NCBI GenBank assembly: GCA_951406725.2
Contig: OX597822.1
Span: forward strand, 107,074,001 to 107,138,000
Direction: 5' to 3'
Origin: Octopus vulgaris
Lineage: Eukaryota
Length of the DNA: 64,000 nt
In this document: positions 54,301 to 64,000 of the stretch, piece by piece
Layout of the letters: the number at the start of each line of letters is the position of its first letter
Position numbering within the stretch: position 1 is the first letter of the stretch
The notes under the pieces: model-generated
What the model saw: only the letters and a program-made list of their open reading frames with translations
Database searches by the model: none
Told to the model about the DNA's origin: nothing
Made by a program: the position numbers and the translations under genes

Positions 54301-54593
54301 GACGCACAAACATATACATACACATACATATATATTCATATATCCGACGCGTGTGTATGCATGTGTGGATGTAAGGCATGGGTGCGCGTCTATATGAATG
54401 TGTGTGTGTGTAATCGTGTGTGTGCATGTGTGGATATAAATAGGTGTGAGTGCGTGTTTACATAGCTGTGTATGTGTAATCGTGTGTGTGCATGTGTTAT
54501 GTGCTTTCGATTGTTTAAAAAATTTTTAATAATAGATACCAGAGTTACTAGAGCGTAGGTAAATACTCTATAACATTAGAATGTATAGCGTGG

Positions 54594-54724
54594 AGACGGC
54601 TAGCTGGCAGAAACTTTAGCACGCCGGGCGAAATGCGTAGCAGTATTTTGTCTGCCGTTACGTTCTGAGTGCAAATTCCGCCGAGGTCGACTTTGCTTTT
54701 ATCGATAAATTAAGTACCAGTTAC
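54594..54724 (+). mobile_element. SINE-B 5' portion
   Basis: gctggcagaaactttagcacgccgggcg...taagtaccagtta. Confidence 0.85.
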
Positions 54725-55840
54725 ACACGCAAACACATCTCATACACGCACACCACACACTAGTGGTACAGTTTAACGCATTTCACAAAAGGATATTTCT
54801 AAAATCCCTTTATACTCTTCTACATGTTCAAATGAATGATTAAGCCACTCTTACTTTTACAAATGCTTTAAGCATGAAACTAAGTTTTAGAATCACTAAT
54901 TTAAATTAACGACTGTAATTAACAAAGTATACAGTATATACAATTGGATTGAAGATGCCACAAAAAGTGGCACTCCGGTTTAAACTGAGTCCAAAATCTA
55001 AAAGCATTAACTGAATGACAGAATAAGTATTAAATAAGCATATATTATGTCTATCAAATATCAATATGCCTGATAAATTATTAAGCTGTTCATTTTATTG
55101 TCTGTTGTTGACCTTCTAATGTGGTCAAACAGTGAGTGTTAACGAGATCGTTAAAGGAATTACCTGAACGTAATTATCAGATAATCTTTCATAATACTGC
55201 TAATTATACACAGCTTAACAGAAACTGAATGATAAAATATCTGATTATCCATTCCGGCAATATCAAAATGACGTTTTGAACACTATTTATCATTATCATT
55301 ATCGTTACGAAACTGTCGATCTAAATGATATTCAGAACTGAATTCATATGCCATACATCTTTGATAGTATTTAATGATATTTCATGTGCTAGGGTTAGCG
55401 TACAGATGTTATCAAACGGCTGATAACACTTAGGTGGCTTCCAAACGAGGAAGAATATTTGACGTTGTTCAAAACCACGCAAGATTAATAATTATATTCA
55501 TGTATGTGGATAATTAGAAATTTATTGATCCACTGTCTTTGCCAACAATGAATCGTCCAATTGTTCGATCTACGAGGCGATCTACGCATGGAATTATCGA
55601 TTACATAACTGATTATTCGAAAGACACTGGAAAAATTAAGGTAAACCTCAGGCAGAATCTGAACGATGCTGTCTGGGTTGGTTAATTTGAAGGATATTTG
55701 GATGGTTTCTGCATTATTGTAAGGGATGGTAATTCTGAACGAATTATCGTTTCGAATAGTTCTTTCAGACACCACAAATATAACTCCAGTACAGAGAAGG
55801 AAACCAGTAAAAGACGAACATTAGGAATACTTAAGTAATA

Positions 55841-56132
55841 TCACTGTGACCGACCAAGCTATCAGATGTTGCTACACATCGCTGGTCACAATGCGCTTCG
55901 CATTGTTTTAGCCTTCAAATGACGCCACCCCGCTGGCTAAGCGAGCAGGCCAACAGAAGAAAGAGTGAGAGAAAGTTGTGGCGAAAGTGTACGGCAGGGA
56001 TCGCCAACCCCCACCCCCTGCCGGAGCCGCGTGAATCTTAGGTGTTTTTGCTCAATAAACACTCACAACGCCCGGTCTGGGAATCCAAACTGCGAGTCCG
56101 CTGCCCTAACCACTGGGCCATTGCGCCTCCAC
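55841..56132 (-). mobile_element. SINE-C, tail type 2, with TSD
   Basis: TSD ttaagtaatat on both sides. Confidence 0.92.
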
Positions 56133-56493
56133 TAATTAAGTAATATATCATATAAAAATAAAATACCGTTTCAGGCAAATCGAACTTAAGAAGAAACAAA
56201 AAAGTGACATTCTATCGACAATTATTTCAGAGACGTAATGTTTTCAAACCTCGAAAATAAGTTGACCGTAAACGGACGTTCATATTGCTCTTTTCATGTG
56301 GATATTTCTGTCGTTGTAGGTGGTGTTAACGTGAATTTCTTCTTAGTATTGTTGGTGACGCACACACACACACAAAATAAAAAAAAAACAAAATGTACAT
56401 GATTTAAAAATATAACATTTTTACCACCGGCCTCTATAGAGACAATATAGTTTCAACACACACAAACACACACACACGCACACACACACGCAT

Positions 56494-56538
<45 letters not shown>

Positions 56539-56540
<2 letters not shown>

Positions 56541-57805
56541 GGGTTTGGACCAAATAATGGAAACTCCTTGCATCATAATTCTGAATTATCTACCAAACTG
56601 TCAAAAGCTTTTTTATTTTTATGTTTTTTGATTTATTAGTGTTGCTTAATATGTTTTGCTAAAATTACTGTTCCTTTTCAGATATCATCAGAAAAACGTA
56701 ATTAAAATTCATTAAAATGTCAGACCTATTGGACTTTCAAAGAGGTCAAATTGTTGGTGCTCGTATGGCAGGCGCTAGCGTAACGAAAACAACCGAAATG
56801 TTTGGTGTATAAAGAAGTACTATCTCGAAAGTAATGACAGCCTTTGAGAAAGAGAGAAAAACCTCCTCGTCGAAACAAAAATCCGGAAGAAAGCCAAAAC
56901 TTTCAGATAGGGACCTTTGGACTCTTACGCGAATTGTTAGAAAGGATAATAAAAGTACAACTCCCAAAAATTTCTTAGAGCTTAATGACCACCTTGAGAA
57001 CCCAGTTTCCGCAAAAACTGTTCGCCGCGAGCTGCACAAAGCCGGATTTTACGGGAGGGCTGCATTCAGAAAACCACTATTTTCAAAAACAAACGCTGCA
57101 AAGCGTTTAGAGTGTAGTAGAAGCCTACAGAATTGATCCCTAGAGCAGAGGAAGATTATTATTTTCTCGGACGAATCATCCTTTACCTTATTTCCGACCA
57201 CCTACCGAGTATATGTCAGGAGGCAGCCAAAAGAAGCATGTGATTCAGACTGCCTTCTTCCAACTGCTAAATATGTAGGAGGATCTCTGTTGATCTAGGG
57301 GAGGGGGGCTATATCTTGGAAATCTGCCGGCTCAATGGCTTCCCTTCATGGTAGAATTGATAGTCAAGTCTATTTAAGCATTTTATCTGATCAAATTCAT
57401 CCTATGGTTGCGGAAATGTTTCCAGAAGGAAACGCAATCTTTCTGCATGATAATGCACCAATTTACAAAGCTAAAGTTGTTACTGAATGGCACGAGGAAC
57501 ATTCTAGTGAAGTGGAACATCTCATATGGCCACCACAGTCTCAAGATCTCAATATTATAGAAAATTTATGGTGCATTTTAGAAAAATATGTAAGGAGTCG
57601 ATATCCTCCACCATCATCACTACAAGAACTGGAGACTGTTTTAGCTGAAGAATGGACAAAACTTACTTTGGAAACAATTCAGACTGTGTACGAGTCCATA
57701 CCTCGTAGAATCCAAGCTGTAATTACTGCCAAATGCGGTCCTACCCCATATTAAAATAAATTTATTTGAAACGTTAAGGTGTTTCAATTTTTTGTCGAAC
57801 CCCTC
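56539..57805 (+). mobile_element. Full-length Tc1-like (DD34E) transposon, inactivated
   Basis: TA TSD; TIRs gagggtttggaccaaataatggaaac and the reverse complement gaggggttcgacaaaaaattgaaac; transposase 56717-57754 with IFSDES, HDNAP and WPPQSQDLNIIENLW, several stops. Confidence 0.93.
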
Positions 57806-58005
57806 TACATGTGTTATTTGCCCTGAGAGATCCTCTCACTTAGGCGCTTGGTGCATAAAAGCATGGACATAGATCGTAGCTGACGAGTATCATCTGTTAT
57901 GGGCGCCGGAATTCCCATGTCACGTGATTTAATTCTATGGGAAATCATCAATGGGAAACGTCCGGTCACCACATGCCAGTCAAATTTCGCAGCTACAATA
58001 TATAG

Positions 58006-58386
58006 TAGTAGCAGTATCGCCCGGCGTTGCTCGGGTTTGTAAGGGAAATAACTATATAAGCATTTTTAGAGATTTATAGCAAAAAAATAGCAAAAAATGC
58101 ATTAAAAACTTTTTAAAATGATGGTAAATTTTAAAAAAAATCGTTGACTCATCGTAGACATTTTTAGAGAGATACTTCCCTTATATAATAACGAAAAAAT
58201 GCATTAAAATGGAAAAAAATGATGGTAATTTTTTTTTTTAAATCGTAGACTCATCGTAGACACGCGCTAATGAATCACGACTATAAGATACCCGCTTTTG
58301 GTTAAACTGCACCGCAAAATGTGGGAGTAGTTAGGAATCTAAATCGTAGGAGACAGACACACAAATTCACTTTTAAATATAAAGAT
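58006..58386 (-). mobile_element. Non-autonomous Helitron
   Basis: Minus strand starts TC(tttatat) and ends with the GC hairpin cccgagcaacgccggg about 10 nt before CTAC (cf. CTRR); internal ~115-bp duplication. Confidence 0.7.
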
Positions 58387-58746
58387 ATCAGTATCTTTTC
58401 AGACGCTAATGGTCAATAATAACCAGTAAGCTTATTAAAAATAGAATTATTAGCGAGAGGGAAGCAGCGTTACAACCAAATGGTAACTCATGTATCGAAC
58501 TTAATATGGATGTCTTGCAAGAACAGCGAATATTGTATTAATAGCCTTGGGAGGACCTCTCACATAGGCACTTGGTGCACTAAAGTGCAGACATATATTG
58601 CAGCACATGTGTGTTATTTTATGCACCATGCGCGTATATATGAAAATCTTTCAAGGCTATTTACGCTGCATTCAGCATTCTGACAAGACATCCATGTTAA
58701 GCTAGATATAAAGACTACTTTTAGGTGTTAGTACTACCTCCGTCGC

Positions 58747-58971
<225 letters not shown>

Positions 58972-59061
58972 ATAAAATATATATAAATGTATGTATTTGT
59001 GAGTGTTTTGTAGGTTTTGCAGGTAAATGTCTACTTACATTCTGATATGTAGAGATTCTAT

Positions 59062-59092
<31 letters not shown>

Positions 59093-59164
59093 ATGCTAAA
59101 AGGAAATCAATGAAAGTAAATATATTTTAGCATGTTCGTGAGTGCACGTTATTATATAAGACAC

Positions 59165-59247
<83 letters not shown>

Positions 59248-60173
59248 AGCTCATATGCATACACATACATATATATGGATATACACATATGTATGTATGT
59301 TTGAATATATATATATAAATATATATCTTTTGTCATACTTAAAGATATGCACTCGCTCACAAAGAGATAGAATATGTTCACATTTGCTTTTGTTATTCGT
59401 TCGAACGCTTATGTGATTTTTCCTTTATTGTCTCGTTGCTTCTGTTTTGCATTAAATACATAAGAAAACTAAGAACCAACAGCAATGAAAAATACAACCA
59501 GTAGTAATGAAAAATAAAACAAAACTCCACAGAAATAGATCAGAAACGCATGAGCTCTTTTCTAAATGTTATTGTAGAGCCCCAATGCGGCTGGTACATT
59601 AAGTTACCATGCCAACAATTTCATATACGCATTAGGTCAAATATTTAGCTTCCTGTTGCCCATAAATAAACAACTATCATGGGATTTTACGTCAGCATAT
59701 ATAGGAAAGGAAAGATACAAACGAAGAAAGTGATGCAGGGAACGAGAAAAAAAAAAATCTTAGAGTATGTAAAGGAAAAACAGAGTAGTGTGGGAAAATA
59801 AGCATACTGCACTCGATGTATTATAGAAGAAGTTTAGCTATAAAAGATACGTAAACAGCTGCGTCGATTTGTGCAAATTTATACAAAGTAGATAGCTGCA
59901 ATGGCGGCCAACGCTTTCTGAAAATATACGTTACAATACTGGTCGGATTGCTGGATTGATTGTAGCGTAGCTGCTCCCTGTTTCCAAACTATCTAATGCA
60001 ATATAAGCGGTATTTATACACACACACACACACACATATTTATATATACCTGAAAATATGCTTATATACACGCATGTATACGCAAGTATATATAACATAC
60101 ATATATACATATATAATAAAACATATAAATATATATATATATATAAATATATATACACATATGTCTGTCTATG

Positions 60174-60264
<91 letters not shown>

Positions 60265-60265
<1 letters not shown>

Positions 60266-60447
60266 TAATGGGTGGAATATAATTAATTTAATAAAATCAA
60301 CAAATTTCACCAAGTAGTATTTCGGTATGGAAAAGGACCATATTCGGTAAAAGTTTATATAATTATAACAATGAGGGTCTTTGCAACAAGTTGCTAGACT
60401 ACATACTAGGAACTTGTTGCAAAGACCCTCATTGTTATAATTATATA
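60265..60447. repeat. Fold-back element: 37-bp inverted arms plus a flank homologous to 29830-29900
   Basis: Arms at 60356-60392 and 60411-60447. Confidence 0.85.
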
Positions 60448-60469
60448 TATATATTGATTAATATATATA

Positions 60470-60551
60470 TATTGATTAATCTTTAAATTTAAAGTTAACT
60501 AGTTTATATAACTTAACATAAAAGCAACCTGTAATATTATTTAAGTTTATG

Positions 60552-60595
<44 letters not shown>

Positions 60596-60677
60596 CATAA
60601 ACTTAAATAATATTACAGGTTGCTTTTATGTTAAGTTATATAAACTATTTAACTTTAAATTTAAAGATTAATCAATA
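60470..60677. repeat. ~87-bp-arm palindrome centred on (TA)n
   Basis: 60470-60556 versus 60590-60677, one mismatch seen. Confidence 0.93.
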
Positions 60678-61068
60678 CCTTTTAGTTTGTTACTAGTATG
60701 TTACACTTTAAGTTTGAACAAGGAAAATGTTGATAGTGACTACGAAATTTCATCTGGATTGCCTTTGTCGTATGTATATGCGAGGTGCATTCCTGAAGAC
60801 ATGAGTGTTTGTTTTTCAGGGAAGGTGGTTAGAATAGTGTGTGTGTATGTGTGTGTGTGTGTGTGTGTCTGTGTATACATATGTACATCTATATACATAC
60901 ATGTGCATATGCATGTATGTATGTATGTATGTATGTATTTATATATTCCTGTTGGGGTTTTATGTATTTCATAATAATTTATTTTTACATATTTCTTTTA
61001 CTTTTAGTTTGGAATAAAGTTTTGCCCACATGCACCAATGTTTCAAGCTGTTCTCAGTTTCACTACCT

Positions 61069-61469
61069 TATTTCTTTATTGCCCACAGGGGGCAACACGC
61101 AGAGGAGACAAACGGACTAGGTCGATTATATTGACCTCAGTGCGTAACTGGTACTTATCGACTCCGAAATGATGAAAGGCAAAGTCGACCTCGGTGGAAT
61201 TTGAACTCAGAACGTAGCGGCAGACGAAATACCTATTTCTTTACTACCCACAAGGGGCTAAACACAGAGAAGACAAACAAGGACAGACAAACGGATTAAG
61301 TCGATTATATCGACCCCAGTGCGTAACTGGTACTTATTTAATCGACCCCGAAAGGATGAAAGGCAAAGTCGACCTCGGCGGAATTTGAACTCAGATTTGA
61401 ACGTAACGGCAGACGAAATACCACTAAGCATTTCGCCCGGCCTGCTAACGTTTCTTCCAGCTCGCCTCC
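61069..61469 (-). mobile_element. SINE-B 2-unit array
   Basis: Junction gaaatac|ctatttc at 61232/33. Confidence 0.92.
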
Positions 61470-61940
61470 ACTATTTGCTAACGTGTTATACAGAGCCACC
61501 TCAAGAATAAATAGATACCTCTTATTCTACCATTTTACCTCTACGGTCTCTACGTTGTGCTTTCTATTCGATAGTCCATTATTATATGTATTTCAGGTAC
61601 CATGTTGAGAGAGATACCCCAGAATATACTCCAACTTACTTGGAGTTACTGTACAAAAACGGGGATTATTTTCAACCATTCGGCCGGCAGCACAGAAGCA
61701 ACTCTCAGAGGATCCAGGTCAACCTCAGTGGGATGTTATCGATTCCTTTCTTTTGCTGCGGAATTGTATAATCACTGTTGATATTGGCAAGATGAATCCC
61801 GAGTATTCGTGCATCATACGTGAGATAAATCCATCAGATAAACCCACAATACACTCTCTTTTAAAATCAAACAACGCTTGTACTCCTGTGTTCACAGCCT
61901 GGGTAGATGCTATAAGTAATTAATATACTGCAATCCGATA

Positions 61941-62133
61941 TGGCACAAGGACAGCAATTTTGTTGAAGGATGTCAGCCGATTACATCGAACCCTGTGTTC
62001 AACTGATACGTAATTTATCGATCCCGAAAGGATGAAAGGCAAAATAGACATAGGCGGAATTTGAACTCAGAACGTAAAGACGGACAGAACGCTGCTAAGT
62101 ATTTTGCCTGGCGTGCTAACGATTCAGCCAGCA
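61941..62133 (-). mobile_element. Older SINE-B with alternative tail
   Basis: SINE-B core with a ...ccttgtgcc tail. Confidence 0.75.
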
Positions 62134-62492
62134 ATATATTTACAAGTTTGGAACCCCAGGTAGTGTCCGCGCAGATAAAACGGTTTCTAAATGCTGTGTA
62201 TAGCGGACAAAGCGGAACATCCTATCAACAATGATTCACGGAAATCGCACATACTTTCTACAATAAAAGTGCGTCTATGATACACTGTTCGTTATATAAC
62301 GGGGGCAACATACTTCGTCTACTTACGTGACAATAGGGTACACGCCATGGGAAAGCCCACAAAAGGACGTAAAGCGTATGTCGACTAATATATCGCTTCG
62401 CTTCTATATATATCTATTTTGACAAAAATCAAGCTGTCCTCCCGGTCACTGATGTAATACGATAAACATGTAACAATGATAGTGGCTGGTGG

Positions 62493-62523
<31 letters not shown>

Positions 62524-62783
62524 ATTACATTTCTAAATATCTCGGGGTGTTATAAGCAGTAGTGATATGATAGAGAAGTTGTATACTGTCAACTTAATGT
62601 GACAGTCCCATGGAGGGAATCAAGCCACTGCTATTTAACCCTAAGAAGCATCAAAGTTTCCTGTCGGTCTTGACACATTTCCTGTGTCGTTATGTTTACA
62701 AGGGGGGAGACAAGCACCCCACCCAGCTGAGCATGCATCCAACTACTCACTCTCTCTATCTTTCTCTTTCACTCACTCACTCA

Positions 62784-62831
<48 letters not shown>

Positions 62832-62834
<3 letters not shown>

Positions 62835-63220
62835 GAGGCGCAATGGCCCAGTGGTTAGGGCAGCGGACTCGCGGTCATAGGATCGCGGTTTCGATTCCCA
62901 GACCGGGCGTTGTGAGTGTTTATTCAGCGAAAACACCTAAAAGCTCCACGAGACTCCGGCAGGGGGTGGTGGTGATCCCTGCTGTACTCTTTCACCACAA
63001 CTTTCTCCCACTCTTACTTCCTGTTTCTGTTGTACCTGTATTTCAAAGGGCCGGCCTTGTCACTCTCTGTGTCACGCTGAATATCCCTGCCCGAGAACTA
63101 CGTTAAGGGTACACGTGTCCGTGGAGTGCTCAGCCACTAACACGTTAATTTCACGAGCAGGCTCTTCCGTTGATTCGGATCAACCGGAACCCTCGTCGTC
63201 GTAACCGACGGAGTGCTTCC
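62832..63220 (+). mobile_element. SINE-C, tail type 1, full length
   Basis: A box tggcccagtgg and B box gtttcgattccc; lies between TA tracts. Confidence 0.93.
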
Positions 63221-64000
63221 TTCATATATATATATATATATATATATGTATACACACACACATAGACGCATATATGGGTGTATAAAGATACACACACACA
63301 CAAATAATGCACCTGTACACATATATACATATATGCGTGTCTGTCTGTCTGTCTGTGTGTACCCGCAGTCACACACATCAAAGTTTATTTAATGTGTTTC
63401 TGATTCTTGTTTTCTGATCGCTTGTGTGATTATACTTTCTTGTCAGCTAGTTTCTGTTTCGCATTAAAGAGAGAGAGAGAGAGGGGGGAGAGGAGAGAGA
63501 GAGAGAGAGAGAGAAATAGTAGTGAGAAAGAGAAAGAAAGAAGGAGGGAGCGAGCTAGAAAGAGAGGGAGAGATAGAACACATTAGATGCGAGACGAAGG
63601 AACCAATTAATGTGTGTTTATTGCAACGCACCAACGGCTGAAACTATAAGTTTCGTTGCCAATACTTTCATATACTCATTAGGCCAAATATTTAGCTTTA
63701 TACTGTCCATAAACAGACTAGCAGGGGAATTTACGTCAGACATAGAGAAAGAATATAAGAAGAAAATAATGTAATAAAAAGAATGAACGATTTATACTAT
63801 GTAAAAAAAAAAAAAAAAAAAGAAGGGCGATATATGCGTGGGAAAAGAAGAATTTTCTGCTAGGAGAATTATGTAAAGGTATGAAGCTATAAAAAAGTAC
63901 ATAAACAGCTGTGTCGATTGTGTTGATATAGAGTAGATATATGCAAAGCTCGCTGACAATGATGACGGAATTATACCTACAATGATTGTTCCGACGAGGC

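Noticed and set aside
54900-55800. Possible decayed protocadherin-like pseudogene on the minus strand (also 49860-50790)
   Set aside because: Only vague resemblance; no DxNDxxP, LDRE or DxDxGxN motifs, and many stops. A BLASTx search would be needed.

Overview
AT-rich, repeat-saturated eukaryotic DNA, most likely an octopus (inferred from the SINE repertoire and the very long (TA)n, (CA)n and (ATCT)n arrays). No host gene could be supported, and most ORFs in the track are microsatellite artefacts. Two large non-LTR retrotransposons dominate. The first is a young, near-intact CR1-group LINE (25287-29318, minus) whose ORF1 carries a poly-Q tract and two CCCH zinc fingers, and which sits inside (TA)n. 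The second is a full-length decayed Tx1/L1-clade LINE (38882-44262, plus) inserted with a 16-bp TSD into the tRNA-like head of a SINE. The window also holds about 40 tRNA-derived SINE copies (four families, called A-D here), mariner/Tc1 fossils, a Dong/R4 3' end, a non-autonomous Helitron, several Penelope-type minimal hammerhead ribozyme motifs, and long inverted repeats abutting (TA)n. The most notable system is SINE-B: it shares its 3' tail with the Tx1 LINE and forms head-to-tail arrays that always rejoin at the same nucleotide in its own head. Two of the hammerheads carry a compensatory G3-C8 core.
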